Notes: a model not told the origin generated them from the letters alone. Positions 47,415 to 61,685 are shown, counted from the first letter of the whole stretch. The stretch is DNA of 63,235 nt, filler included, from Bigelowiella natans CCMP2755 (GCA_000320545.1; 6 parts of 6 records of this genome joined end to end with filler, not necessarily neighbours in it), one strand, 5' to 3'. Made by a program: numbers and translations.

Positions 47415-50084
47415 AAGTTTCCAGAGATGATTGATTCAAAGAAGACAGTGGCAGCACAAGTCTTCGCTAAACAATGATGTCAGTTATCGATCGGAGTTTC
47501 GACCTCAAAACCGAATATGCATGATAAGAGCAATAACAACAGTATTGACAATTTTGAATCAATGAATCTTAAACTGGAATAAGGAACATGCTATGAGAGC
47601 GGCACAGATGCGACATGGCCAGACAGGAGAAAGCCTTCTGTTGACTCATGATGCATTCTATTCCATTCTAATCTCATTATTTCACTAATTCATGCATTAC
47701 TGCAGCCGTCACCTCCTTTCTTGATAGTCCCTGCAAAATGCACGATAGGAGATTGCACATTATCCATGAGTAGAAGGACGGACGGTCTCCATGTCTTAGC
47801 ATGAGGCCGATCAGCACCATCGAGCTTGAGCAAGTACTTGCGGACAAGTTGGTAGATGAGGGCTTGCCTCACGTCACCCCAATTTGTCTTCTGATCTTTA
47901 TAGCTGGCGAGCATATGCAAGGAGTCAATAAATTATGACAACCTAGCACTACTATTTTAACAATGTACACTTTCAACACCTATGCAGTGTCCCCCCCCCC
48001 CCCCCCGAAATGGCTATCTAACAAGATAACTCTCTAAGAAACCGAGTATATAAATGATGAATTGGTAGCCTTGGGGAAACTGAGACCATTTTATTTTTCT
48101 ATGCGAATATCACATAATGTTCCAACGATATTTTGGTACAATATCGAAGGTTCCTACTATCTTCTCTTAATTTAACTACTACTACCACTAGTACTGCTAC
48201 TTCTAACAACTGATACTGTACTGCTAGAAAGTTGTTTACTTACAGCAGAGCAACGAAGATCCCTATCATGCATAAGAGCGCTAGTCCCGCATAGAGCGGA
48301 TCCAGGTAAAACATCACGCCCACATTGAGGAAGAAACCCGCCAGGCACGTCGCTCGAGAGAACCACTTAAACTGCGGCCGGAAGCTCGGAACACCCGAGA
48401 CCGACACGAGGAAACAAGCAAGATTCGTGCACGCATAGGACATGCAGAAGAACGAGGTGATGATGGGGGCGATGACGTCTAGGTCACCCATGAAGACACA
48501 TGCCTGTGATATACACCAGGTTAGCAGAACCGCACGTAGAGGCTCGTCAGCACCACGAGTCCCCCAGGATAGCCAACTTGTCCCCGGAAACAGCTTGTCC
48601 CTGGCCAGTGCTTGAAGGATTCTCGCTCCCCCAAACAGCGCTCCGAGGCATGAGGAGGCTGTACTCACCAAAACGCCGACAGTGATGACGAGCGGCGCCC
48701 AGCAGCTGTCTTGCAGAACGTTCTCGTTTCCAGTCAAGGTTGCACGGTCAAAAGCGCCGCCACAGGCGACCATCAAGAGCGTGTATACGATGAAGGCGGT
48801 TAGCACAGCCCAGAGGGTTCCTCTTCCAATGTCCTTGCCGGGGTCTTTAAGGTCTCCAGAGAGGTTTGCCCCCTCCATTATTCCTGTCACGGCAGGGAAT
48901 ATAATGGCGAAAACGCCGCCGTAAGTGCACTTTTCGCCTCCGCAAGCATCGTCGTTAGTGTATGAGGTCCATGTATTCTGCCTTAAAAGCCTCTCGGAGA
49001 ATCTATAATATCCAGCAATTAAATTAAAAATCCAAATAGATAAGTATGTACATATAAAGCAAAAGCAACGAAGAGGAGAAGATTATTTGCACATCTCGAA
49101 TAATGACCTTTGATGTCTTCCACCTCCGCTCAGCTCTTTTGGAGAAGCGAAGAGAATGGACAAGCCACCAACCAGTATGCTGCTGGCCAGAACGACGAAT
49201 AAGCTGACGTTTATTTTTGTGAATAACCCCGCACCTGCAAGAGAAATCAGGAGACACACGAGGAGCGACAGCGATGTGGAGGCAACGAGGACCTGAAATC
49301 ACATGGAATGACAAGAAAACGCATGTCCTAATTATAAGAGGGGGGAAGGAGAGGGGAGGAGCATTAGAGTCAGCATTATGCTGGCAGAGCGCTACTACCC
49401 AGTGCCCTCCATCTGGAAACCATGTTTGCTGGATTTCTTCGCCAACCTATTTGACGATGAAACAGCGACATCACCGACCAATCACATTAGTATTATTGTA
49501 AAAAGGAGAACTACTATATACCCTCTCTTCTCCCTGGACTGGAATGTGGAAGTGCCCTCTTCATGCATAATTGCATATACGACAAAAATGATAGCCCCCC
49601 CCCCCCCCCCTTCTCTTTGGATTACCCCTGCAGCGTAGAACGTAGCACCGACAGCATAAGACATGTAGAAGAGAATTCCCATCGCACCACCCATCTCTGG
49701 ACCAAGGCTGCGAGAGATCATATAATAGCTCCCCCCTCCCTGCATCTTCCCATTGCTCAGCATGGCAGCTAGCGAGAGCACTGTGAGTACCGTTTGTACC
49801 TCACCCAGAATGAACATGGAGAGAACCCCCCCCCACCCTGCTTGTCCGACAGCCCATGGAAGTCGAAGAAACAGGATGACTCCGAGGATGTTGAGCAGGC
49901 ATGGCACGTATACACCGTTTAACACGCCAAGTTGGTTTCGTTCGCCTTCCGATGGCCCTTCTCTGGAGCAGCCACTATCGACTATGGGTGGTAGATAGAA
50001 ACAGGGGGTGATTTAAATGCTAATTCTAGCTGAGTAGTAGGTTCCACCTGTCGCGATGCTTATTTTCCTGTATCCGGACGTCAT
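45944..50084 (-). CDS. Cation-chloride cotransporter family protein, SLC12A9/CIP1-like
   Basis: LGVLNGVYVPCLLNILGVILFLRLPWAVGQAG, GGGSYYMISRSLGPEMGGAMG, FPAVTGIMEGANLSGDLKDP, PSFRPQFKWF, NWGDVRQALIYQLVRKYLLKLD...KTWRPSVLLL, AGTGAMRPNTV. ATG 50084 splices in frame. Confidence 0.94.
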
Positions 50085-50737
50085 TGGCAGGAAGCTTCAG
50101 GGGTACCTCTGGGAGGAGGAGGAGGGGCAGGGCATCAATATGTTGGCCTGAAATATCAGTTACTGTTCCGGAGACCAGGAGATATCCCAGAGATCATCAG
50201 AGACGCAGAAAGATCCGACGGGAAAAATCTCACAAAATCGCCACATTAAGTTCTCAGCGACAACGTTGTGGTTATTGACGCAATACCTGTAATCCCTGGT
50301 AATGCGCTAAATTGGATCCGATTTGTGGGCTAAAGAGATAGATCTATTCCCCACGCACGTGCGGTGTTGAGGCGGAGCAAGGAGCTGATCAAGTAATGAC
50401 TACTGGGGAAATATCCTGCAAAAACACCCAAAATCAAGCAAATCTCACGGAGAATGCCTGCGCTTCTGAAAACCCATATCTCACATGTCTTGTGTTGCTG
50501 GGAAGAAGCAGTAACTCCAATGGAGGGCACTAGATCTATGCGCGGGCAAAAAAAGAGCTCGAGGCAGCAAGGATCTATGTGCGGGTATAACCATACAAGC
50601 GACATTGAGATTCTGCCTGGTTTCGACTTTTGTATCCATAGCGCCCCCAGTCGGCGAATGCAGCTCATGCCAGAAGCGTGGAGCTGTACTGATAGTGCAC
50701 ATTGTGGTTGTCAATTTCGCAACGCAACGCAACCCCA

Positions 50738-52821
50738 ATGGCGACCCCCCATTATCTTCCCCTGTTAGCTGCCTTATCACTGAGTCTCACTGTAATCAGC
50801 GCCAACAGGCACCTTTATCGTCATGACCAGAACTTGCTGAATGCTCTTGAAGACTATGAAAACGTCGAAATTCTGGTATTATTTATGGCTTCATTTGCAG
50901 CAGCAGTATCTTTTGCATCCTGTCCAACAAGCTCGGTCTAATAATAAAGCTTTGATGCACAGAGCTTTGACACCAACGCGGAGGGATCACACCCGATTCA
51001 GCTTCAAGATGTTCATCCCGACGAGCATCCTTCTGCCCTTACAATCACTTTTGAGGCGTATGGAAAGTAACGTTTTAGGGTTAGCGCCAAATGTAGCAGC
51101 AACAGCAGTAGCACCAGCAGCTTATCGTAATACCCACTGCCTCCCCTCCATTTGAATATCAGGAACTTCACCATGAGGGGGACCGTAAAGTCAATGTTCA
51201 GTCCAAACTACCGAGAGGTATCTTATTGTTGTAGCAACATTCGTAATACTGCACAATCTCCTGCTCAAAAACATGTAAAACGCATTGAGCATAGAACCAA
51301 AAGATCATCGGTCCCCAAAGTATGTGTATCGGTAGAACTGCACATGTCACCAAGCTCTTACTAGTTGTTTCTGCGTACAATATACACATACAACAAGCCA
51401 CTTGAAGCTGACTCCACCCCCCCCAAATGTCTCCCCCCCCCCGATAATCTGCTGCTATTCTGCATCACCCCTCCCTGAAGGTTCAAATAGGGTCCAACTT
51501 TGTGGAGAAAATTGAGAAGGTGACAACAATCGACAAAGATACTTACACGGGTTGCAGTTTACCGTGCTGTGGTGCTGTGCATTGTGCCCATACTTCTATT
51601 ACCAGGGACTCACCAAGTGCTACTACCATGGGTCAATCGAGGACGATGGAGATAATAGTAATAATAACACGACGATAGCGAAGGCGACAAAGCGGAAGAA
51701 CGACAATATTGACAATAAGATCCATCAAGAAAGAGGAAAAAGTAGTGTGGATGCTGCTGCGGCTAGCGCAGTCTTCTCTACCTGCCATGGTATACAAATA
51801 AAGACAAACAGCAAGTAGATGCCTATACATCAACACTTTGATGCTAACATGTCATAGCAAATGTGTATATAATTCATTTAATATATATACATAACATGGT
51901 TAGGGGGCCTTCTTGCTTATTTTTCGATCAATGGAGAAAGACACAACATTCACTACCTGCGTGAGGAGAAAAGGTCCAGACGATGCCAGAGACGACTAGT
52001 TATTGCTGGAACCTTTCCTAAGCGTTTCTTCTGCCCCATGAATACGACTGAACATGCCCTCTCGTGTGTAGTTGATCTATAGTAGGAACTCTTTCGCCAA
52101 TTGATTTTTTGAAGACTAGCACTCGCACTAGCAATAGCTGTAATAAAATATCGGAGTTAAGAGTGGATAGGCTGTCCATAATCGGCCAAAACAAACAGCG
52201 ACATTACCATCATGATCATTCTCCTGCTCCTCCTCCTCCTCATTGTTGTTGTCTTTGCAGACACATAATCTACAACGTTAAGAACCATAAGTCGGAGGAT
52301 GGTCCTTATACATGCGGTAAGCAGCGATTATGTGATAATGATGATGATGATGATAATGACGATGGTGACGATGACGATAGTGAAGATGGTGACGATATAT
52401 TTCTGATAGTCGTTGCGAATATTGATGATGACTCGCTAAGCTATGATTTCTATCGTTTTGTATGTGAGAGATGATGACGATGCTGCTGAGGGTTTCTCTA
52501 TAGTGTATCTCCTGTCAATAAATCGGTGATTGATTGGTAATTGCAGGCCACAAGCAAGCTGGTGACAAAGCTCATGATCATGATCATTCGAAGCATAACC
52601 ACACTTCTCCACATGGTAAGTCCTGTATTAAATCACATATTTATCGTGTTTACAAACCAAGCGTGGGAAGGGAAAGAATGGCTAGGGAAAACACAGAAGA
52701 CAGGCAGGAACCATTCTTTGGATTTGGAACTATTTATGATGATTATATGCGCTAACGCTGTGTGGGCATTTTACACATCAATAGCTTCCTTTCCCAATAA
52801 AAAAACGTCGCTCTCACCATA

Positions 52822-52864
<43 letters not shown>

Positions 52865-54595
52865 TGCTCTGTTAATAGAGCTTGCGAATGTGCATACCCT
52901 CCGGGCTAACGAGGTAGCAGCAGCAATCTTAAGTTGGGGGGTGATGAGTGATACATTCTCAAAGAGCTGTCAAGCCGTGATTGGGGAAGATCTCTGTACC
53001 CACGTCATCGCTTCATCTGCTGCTTTTGTCCTTCCTCCTTTTCATGATTTTGTAACAGTTTAGGATTGTTTTAGCTGCCACCTTTCTCCCCCCCCCCCCC
53101 CTCCCTCTCCTTCCTCATCTTCCTCCCCTCCTCAATCTTCACAGTGTCAGGTCCGGAATCCGAACAAAGTACTGGATCTTCTCATCATCAATGACCTGCC
53201 TCGGTGGTTATAATGCAATGATCAACGATGATATATATAATAGCGAGCAATCAATAAGCAAATGTTTCAGAGACTGCAGTAGTCTTGGTGTTACGAGGGG
53301 GTTTCCTTAGAATTAGTATAGTAAGTGCCATGTGAACAAACAACGCTGATGAACTGATGAATTGACATACGTGAATGAATCGTACACAATCAGTTGTTAG
53401 CCATCATGTAATAGAGACAATTTGTTTTTCGAATTACGTCAATTAATCTCCCCCCCACCTCCCCACACACACTCTTCCTCCTCCTCCTCCTACTACTACT
53501 ACTACCTACTACTACCCACCATCACCACCACTAGATACAACAGTTTTGGGCAAGATGGAGCTGCGATGACGATGGACACTAACATAGCCGTTGCAATTCT
53601 AAATGCATACTATGAGGGAGGCACTGCTGCTGGGACGAATGACGTCTTTATAGGAATCACCAATGTACCACAGGGCGTTCTTGACTGTACGGTATGACTG
53701 TGGAGGATGTTCTCTCTCCTTTTCTCTCTTTCTCCCACTTTCTCTCTCTTTTCTTTTTTCTAGAGGATCGGATTCTGCTAAATAATATTTATGCTGGTGA
53801 TGATGAAAGGCATTTTCCATATCCTTCTCTCCCCCCCCTCCCAATATTTTTCTTCTTCTCCTCCTCCTCCTCCTCCTCCCCCCCCCGTATGTTTACACAG
53901 CTGCGAATCAACTTGGTTGGGCAGCTGACCTTCACAGATCAAACACGGTTTCTCCAGGAATTTAACATCGTCAACGCGGTAGTAGGACCGATGATTAGGA
54001 TGATACGTTTACCCTGCATTCTATCTTAATAAGCTGTTTCGCTTGTCGGGGTAGACTCACATGTCCATGGGTAGTGCCTTGAAGGCCTTCGGCCGAATCC
54101 TTCAACGCAAGCAGCTTTCAGCACCATCATCACCATCATCATCATCATCAATGCATGATATACAAATGACAGGGCAATGGAGAAATAGATACTGGTGCCT
54201 ACTTAGACTCCCTGCAGCAATTTACAAACGCCAGAGAGGTCATGCTGAGTATTGTAAGTGAGGTGGATGGTGAGGATGATAATCACGACAACATAATGCA
54301 TGCATGCATGCATGTTTTCTCACTACTCAACTCGTTTACTGTGAGAACATCCCTACCATCATCATCACTATCATCATCGTCATCATTACCATCGCCATTA
54401 TGATCACCACCACCATCATCATCATCATCATCATTATCATCACCATTCACGAAATAATCATCTACCAGGTTCAGCTTGCTTCGATATTTGGCGACATCGA
54501 TAACGTTCATATCCTCTCGAGCCTGGATTTTGGCGGGTAATGTGAAACAGCTGCTATTCGCTACATCCTTAACAGGGGTGGTGATGATTGTTTCA

Positions 54596-54627
<32 letters not shown>

Positions 54628-54952
54628 CATACGTTTCTTAAATGATACATTTTCCCCTTGTCAGGTCAACAATCGGACTGGCTTTCATCGGGACAACATG
54701 CGACACAAACGGCTTCAACACGGGGGTCAACCAGGTCATCATCCAACCCTTATATGCGTTTTGGAGGGGGGAAGGGGGGAGGGGGGGTATAGTAATAGAG
54801 ACGATAATGATGATGATGGATGATGATGATGATAAATCTTTTATCATCGATTTCTGCACTCATCGTTGTTGCTGTGATTATGTTTGATAATAATGATCAG
54901 TTTACACGAAACCGAGCTGATTTCCATGCCGCTATTCTTGCTCATGAGCTTG
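50738..54952 (+). CDS. Secreted reprolysin/ADAM-like (M12B) zinc metalloprotease, 5' part
   Basis: Signal peptide MATPHYLPLLAALSLSLTVISA; prodomain FEAYGKNFTM, CYYHGSIEDD, HIIY...TCG; catalytic domain LDLLIINDL, LRINLVG, DNVHILSSLDFGGSTIGLAFIGTTC, ILAHELG (start of HExxH). The remainder is lost at the contig end. Confidence 0.85.
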
Positions 54953-55160
54953 GTTGTTGTCAAATCGTACTACTACATAGCAGTATTGTTATGGTAGTAA
55001 GCAGTACACGGTGTTTTGTTGATGAGGAGGAGGGGGAATTTCTTGTACAGGATCATTACACGCACATCAAATGCATGCTGGTTATTTGTAAATTGCCATG
55101 GAATCCAACGGGGGGAGGGGGGGAGAGATACGAGACGATTACAAAAATGAATTGTGAAGT

Positions 55161-55260
55161 NNNNNNNNNNNNNNNNNNNNNNNNNNNNNNNNNNNNNNNN
55201 NNNNTTAATTAATTAANNNNNNNNNNNNNNNNNNNNNNNNNNNNNNNNNNNNNNNNNNNN
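55161..55260. other. Artificial contig linker
   Basis: N44-TTAATTAATTAA-N44. Confidence 0.97.
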
Positions 55261-55399
55261 GAGAATGCACTCCTCGCAGAGTATCCCCACCGAGGCCAAG
55301 GAAGAAGCTAAAAAGCAGAAAGTGAAAACACGGCAGCGCCAGGATTCAGAACGAGGCTCGCGAGGAGGGTTCCGTGAGCATACATGTCTTCAAAGATTA

Positions 55400-56005
55400 A
55401 GTCATCGCCAGAGGCGGTTCATGTGTGACATTGATCTTGCAGATCGTCTTGGTTGGCATACCTGCGCTATCTCAGAGTGGAAAAGGGGGGGAGGGGATAT
55501 GATAACGTGAAATTCAGACACAAGATCTGAGATTTAAAGGTCGGTAGAAGGGAAAAGGAAACGGCATCAAACTTCCTGCGGTCGGTAGTGTCAGAAGGAC
55601 AAAAATGGGAGGAGGGGGGGGTTGGGGGGTTGGGGGTTGGCGGGAAGAGGCAAATGCAGAGGCACTTACGAAGGCACCCCACTCCATAGTAAGATTCTGA
55701 GAAAGAAAGGGAAAAGGTTAGAAACAACAGAATGGCTGCTTTTGATGCTGGTGGTGATGATGATGATGATGATGATGATGATGAGGGGGGATTTTTGAAA
55801 TATGAGACTAGGAGGTAGGGAGGGGGGAGGAATGGCTTTCTTCTTTTTTTTTTTTGGGTTGGTTTTTGTGTTGTTTATCATTTAGAACCTCTATCTCCCT
55901 ACGATTCAGGTTCGATGCGGGGGTCTTTTGGAAATAGTATCTTTGGGAGTAGAGGGGGAGAAGGAGGAGAAAAAAAGAGGCGAGGTAAACTTATATCATC
56001 CGCAC

Positions 56006-56054
<49 letters not shown>

Positions 56055-56688
56055 CGCAGACGCATCTACAGAGCCTGTATTGCTCTTATGGTCTTGGTGA
56101 AGGGTTACTACCTACACGTGTAGATCGTCCACCAAAGCAGCTGGATTAGGCCTTGGGGGGGGAAGGGATCAAAAACACAACAATTATTCAGTCATTAGAG
56201 CTCTATGTTTGCTACATATTCGTCGCTAAGGTTCGCGTGCACGCACCGCCCTCGCTGAGCCTTCAAGCAGTACACCTGAGAGGAAAGAGGGCCATGGATG
56301 AAGAATTATACTACGAATAACACGACTCGCAATGTTGTTGTTGTTGTTGTTGTAGTTGTTGTTGTAGATGATGATGATGATAATGCTGCTAAGAATCGAT
56401 TCACCACTACCGTTGAAGCCTTGCTGAGGAAGTAAAAAGTCACCTATATGCGAAGACAACGACGACGATGATGACGACGAAGAAGAAGAAGAAGAGAGTC
56501 AATGCATGATCGGCTGAACGTCGTTTGCTGCTTTGCGGCGTCGTTTTTACTACCCTCAAGGAGCCTGTCTTCGATTCCGTGAATTCGAAGCGTTCTAAAT
56601 CCTTGAGGTGCTTCTTCTCCTTTATCTGTATTCACCGTACCAATAACCCGGCGTATTTCGTGAATAATCGCATCTTAGTCAACTGTGA

Positions 56689-56732
<44 letters not shown>

Positions 56733-56757
56733 CTCTTCGTTTCACACATACCGACAG

Positions 56758-56797
<40 letters not shown>

Positions 56798-57303
56798 ACA
56801 TTGAATTAAGTGCCCCTCCTCCTCCTACAATATCCACCACCACCTGCGGAACGCGCTGGCTGTCGTTTTTGCCTTTCTTCTTCATCATCACCAGCTGCCA
56901 CCGAGGGTCCTTCTTCGTTCCCTGATAGAGGTGTAGAAATAGAAGGAAAGCGGGGTTACACTCAATACTTCGGGAACGAGGGATGCCAGATTAGCACATC
57001 GAGCTATACCGTCGCGTCCTCAGACACACTTATGATGAGAAACTAATTTGAGGAGAGAATCAAGTATTTGGGAGTAAATTAGGTTAGTGAGCGAGGCGAG
57101 ACGGCATGGAAAGTGAGTCATGCAACATCCCCTCAGAGCAGTTCAATGAATTTAGATTCGAGCGAGCTGCAGCTTCCACTCTATTACAAATATATCTGAT
57201 TACGCAGCTGCTACAGCGCGCCTATATGTATTCATTACTCTAAGTACCCTTTTGAACTCGTCTTTGACCGATACCATGCTGTCCCCCCCTTCTTCTTCCA
57301 TCT

Positions 57304-57344
<41 letters not shown>

Positions 57345-57847
57345 CGCGCGCGCGCCCGCGCGTGTGTGAGGGTCAACAAGCACGATGGCCAGGTGTTGGG
57401 CGTCGTGGTTGCGTGTTATATTTTATGTATCCATTGATTTATGTGTGGAAGTATTGGATGGGTGTGCTTTAGGGAGCCGGTGGTTGTACCGTGTTGAGGA
57501 TCTCATCCGTCGGGTCCACCGGCCAAACCTGATCAAAAGATGATGAAAATATTCATGAGCAAGCAGGGGAGGCGGCGAGAGACTAACGGAAGCGAGAGGA
57601 GGGGGTCCCAGGATACAAATAAAAATTGAATCTATTTCCCCTATCCCAATCCCCAACTTACATTCATGAAAAAGATGACTTGGTGATCGTTCCGGTGGCC
57701 AACTTGCAGCTGTGTGTAGAAAACAATGCAGTTTAGGAAGCGGGGTGGGCAGGGAGATTGAAGAACAAAACTGATGATGATTCATACCGCCTCCTGTAAG
57801 GCCCTTTGCTCCCTGAGAATCTCATGCTGCGCGTGGTAATCGACCAT
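55400..57847 (-). CDS. Multi-exon hypothetical protein
   Basis: A series of AG/GT-bounded minus-strand open exons: MVDYHAQHEILREQRALQEA, VWPVDPTDEILNT, GTKKDPRWQLVMMKKKGKNDSQRVPQ, IKEKKHLKDLERFEFTESKTGSLR, ILFPKDPRIEPES. It is divergent from the next gene. Confidence 0.5.
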
Positions 57848-58363
57848 CGCTGTGATTCGATACCCAAGTCGGCAGCAAGGTTTGGGCTGCTGGGGAGGGA
57901 GGGCAAGAAGTATCTTGCAAGCAGCCAACGTTAGGAAATATTTTATACGTAAAATATCTAAAGACTCCACTCAAATTACACACCGAACAAGTAGAAACCA
58001 GACAGAAAAAAGGCAAGGCGTTTTGCAACAAACTGATGCTGGGCAAGACTTTGCTATGTAAATATCGGCAGATATCGAGAAATGTGAGTACAAAGCGATC
58101 ACGACGGATCAGTTCGAGAGCGGCCGAGACCGTGCTGCTCTCTAGTTGTTCTCCGGTTGTTGCAAGAATGTTTCTGATCTTAGGTCATAATTTCATCGTA
58201 AGGAAGACCTGTATTGCCATAAGTTTACAGCGGCATGTAGAAAACCGATTGATATTCTGTGGAGAAATGGTGATTTATTAAAAGATATTTTTTCTATATA
58301 TTACGCTTAATATATTTTCTATGTCGTACACTGATAAACCGTAGAAAGTTTCGGAAGTGGCAA

Positions 58364-60180
58364 ATGATGGCGGCCGGAAACCCTTCTCGCCTTGCACGTC
58401 GGCTGCTGTTGAAAGCGGCGTCGCCGTTGCGCTGCTGCCTCCTATCGTCCTCCACGCCGTCGTCTCCATCACCATCGTCATCGTCCTCCCCTGCAGAAGG
58501 GGGGAAAGTCACCCTAACCGCTGCTCAGGTGTACGATCTGGCATCCGGGGCCTTGATGCAGAGCGGCTTGGAGAAGGAACATGCCTCGACTCTCGCTAAG
58601 GTCTGAGGCCATCGACTCGGACATAACCCCATTCAAACATACTTGTATGGGGGAGAATAAGGGGGTGAAGGGGGGAGCGCGAGAAGCGTTATCAACCTCA
58701 AATGTCGCGCCGTGCATTGTTTGGATCTCTAGGTGATTTCGAGCGCCGAGCGGGACCAGTGCTACTCGCACGGTCTATTCCGGCTTCCAGGCTACTGTCG
58801 CGCTATTCAGATGTGCGGGCCGTTTCTCGACCCGGTCGTCAGCGAACCCTCCCCCGCCAGCGTGAGGGTGAGCGGGCACGAAGGCCTAGCCGCCATAGCA
58901 TTCGAGGCCGCCCGGCCTCGCCTTGTGGAAAAAGCACAGGGTAACCCACTCGTCTCATGTGCTTTGCTGACAGATGCGGTGATGATCCGACAATCGACAG
59001 CAGGAGAGTAATGATGATCAGTAGGATAGAGGAAAGGTAGAGCGGGGAGTGTGAAAGACGAAACGAGGACGTTTGTATTGTTTCTTCTTCGGCTTTGCAT
59101 TAACGCGTCGTTGTTCGTTTACCGCCTTGCAGAGTATGGGATCGCTGCGTGTGTGCTTTCTAACGTACGCCATTTCTCCGCTCTTTGGTGCGTCCTTGTC
59201 GTCATGAGAAAGCATCATCGGCATGATAATCTCAAGAAACACATCGCTGGAACGCGTATTTGCGTGCATATACATTCCCACATGACTCGCCGATTGCATG
59301 CTACATACGTGTGTGTGTGTGTGTGTGTTTGTGCATTTAATATATATTGCTACCAAGGTATGAGACGGAGACGCTGGCAGTCGACCACGGGCTAGCCTCG
59401 TTCGCATTCGTGGGATCCAAGGTGGTCTAGTGAATTTAGGCGCCACAACCCAACTATAAACGAGAAAGAGGAGAGTAGGGTGATGTAGATGTGGGCTCGT
59501 GAGATGAGCTGAGGGGAGAGGGGGGGGGGAGGGGGGGGGGCGATAACAGACACGTGGATGAACACTGTTTCTTCGACGTACTTCTCGAAAAAGGCGTTTG
59601 TCGCTCACCAAGGCGGTCGCAAGCGCACCTACGGAACCAACCCGATGTCGTTCGCGTTCCCGAGGGGGGGTGGGAAGCCCCCGATGGTTTGGGATCAGGC
59701 TTCAAGCGTCATGGCGAGAGGTAGAGCAGGGCTCAGCACGACGATGATCAACATCGTTTGAGACAAGTCGAACAATGGATTTCCGGAACACACCTTACGA
59801 ACCCACCAATACCCGATGATGCTATGTTTTCTTTACGGCGTCATTCATCGTCACCACCATCACCACTGTCTTTGATGGCGAAGGTGTATTGGTTGCTGTC
59901 GTAGCGCTGTCATAGTGTTGTGTGTAGTAGTGACCCTGCGTGACTCGCTGCCGATGCTGCCGCCCGCTCCTTCCTACCACATAGGAGAAATACAGCTCGC
60001 GATGAGGGATGGGCACGATCTCCCCCCCGGGTGATGTGTTGCGTGAAATAAACGAAACGTAGAATTCGCGAGTCGTGCGTGCGCGCGTGTGAGTAAGCAT
60101 GAGTAGTTGCATCATCGGGGGATCATCTGTATTGCAGGGCGGCTGTCGACCCGGATGGAAACGACACTGTGGTACCTGAG
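58364..60180 (+). CDS. Ldh_2 family oxidoreductase (type-2 malate/L-lactate dehydrogenase family, DpkA/LhpD-like) with a mitochondrial-type presequence; 3' end truncated
   Basis: MMAAGNPSRLARRLLLKAASPLR leader; AERDQCYSHGLFRLPGYC, GIAACVLSNVRHFSALW, YGTNPMSFAFPR...PPMVWDQASSVMARG|EIQLAMRDGHDLP, AVDPDGNDT. Confidence 0.9.
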
Positions 60181-60327
60181 ATAGCTCTGAAAGGTGATCT
60201 GCTGCAGCCCCTGCCTGTCCATTCATTTACTGCTCGTTCGTGATTATGGGCCGAAGCACCGCAGGAGTGGGGGGGGGGGTAGTTGGCAACAAGCGCGTTC
60301 TGGTTCACTTCGATTGATGTCTTTCGC

Positions 60328-60427
60328 NNNNNNNNNNNNNNNNNNNNNNNNNNNNNNNNNNNNNNNNNNNNTTAATTAATTAANNNNNNNNNNNNNNNNN
60401 NNNNNNNNNNNNNNNNNNNNNNNNNNN
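60328..60427. other. Artificial contig linker
   Basis: N44-TTAATTAATTAA-N44. Confidence 0.97.
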
Positions 60428-60723
60428 GTGTGTGTGAAGTTAGATATCGAATTGTTGCTTTGTAGAACTATAACTTACATGCTGCTGCTGCTGCTTGCTG
60501 CTGCTGTCGCAACTACTACTACTACCACTACTACTACTACTACGTGTTGGTAGGTACTCATTTGGAAGTATATGGGGTGCTGTTAAGTCCTGGTTCCCAA
60601 GAGAATTCATCTCGGTACTACTACTACTGATGGTACTAATAGTATTTGTTGGTGCTCTATTAAGTAGCGTCTTGAGTATATCAGCACGCGCGCGGCTGTG
60701 CGTGTGTGTCTATGTGTGTGTAT

Positions 60724-60763
<40 letters not shown>

Positions 60764-61273
60764 ACACGTGCGAGATGATGAAGATGTGTTGCTTTGTTTT
60801 TTGCTCATACGATTTTAACAGAGTAGTCAGATTATGAGCTTCTTTCCCGCTGTAGTTCTGCTGATATCTCGTCCAAGCTTCATCGGCGTCTTGCCCCTTG
60901 TTGGCCGCTCGGTAGCATAGAGATATCTATCACCCTCTGCATGCGCATGCAAAGCACCTTTGTCATTAATGCCGCGACGTTCTCCAAAAGAGGACGGTTG
61001 GGTTGGATGGTGCTCGTGCTGTGCAGTGCGGCTCTCCATTGCTTGTTTGATAGACGGTGTCTATCTGGTGATGGTAGCGCGGTGTGCATATTAGGATAAT
61101 TATTGATTGTTATCTACTCTGATAGCTGATGGTATGATGATGAAGGTGCTACGGCTCCCCGCTCTCTTGGAAAGGCAACCTGCATTTATCTCCAATTTAG
61201 CCAAACGTAACGCACGGACCAACCGAATGCTTGCTGTCGCACCCCTTGCCTGCTCATTGCTGCTTCTTCGTCT

Positions 61274-61326
<53 letters not shown>

Positions 61327-61406
61327 GTCTCTCTTGCACGAGTGTGCTTTAGACCTTATTTGTTTGGATGATGGACGAGTTATATCTTGAATACACACAC
61401 AAACAC

Positions 61407-61449
<43 letters not shown>

Positions 61450-61508
61450 GTGTGAAAATGGATTACATGCTACAAATATGTCGCATGTTTATCGTAGCGT
61501 TGGTCTCA

Positions 61509-61608
61509 NNNNNNNNNNNNNNNNNNNNNNNNNNNNNNNNNNNNNNNNNNNNTTAATTAATTAANNNNNNNNNNNNNNNNNNNNNNNNNNNNNNNNNNNN
61601 NNNNNNNN
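61509..61608. other. Artificial contig linker
   Basis: N44-TTAATTAATTAA-N44. Confidence 0.97.
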
Positions 61609-61648
61609 CCCCCCCACCCGGTGACTTAACACAGGATTGTTACTACTA

Positions 61649-61685
<37 letters not shown>

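Noticed and set aside
55051-55090. Possible exon completing the ADAM zinc motif
   Set aside because: Splicing gives HELGSLHAH rather than HELGHxxGxxH; the true exon is probably beyond the contig end.
60830-61260. Possible minus-strand exons on the short contig between linkers
   Set aside because: Open frames with some splice signals but no recognisable family; too little context to call.
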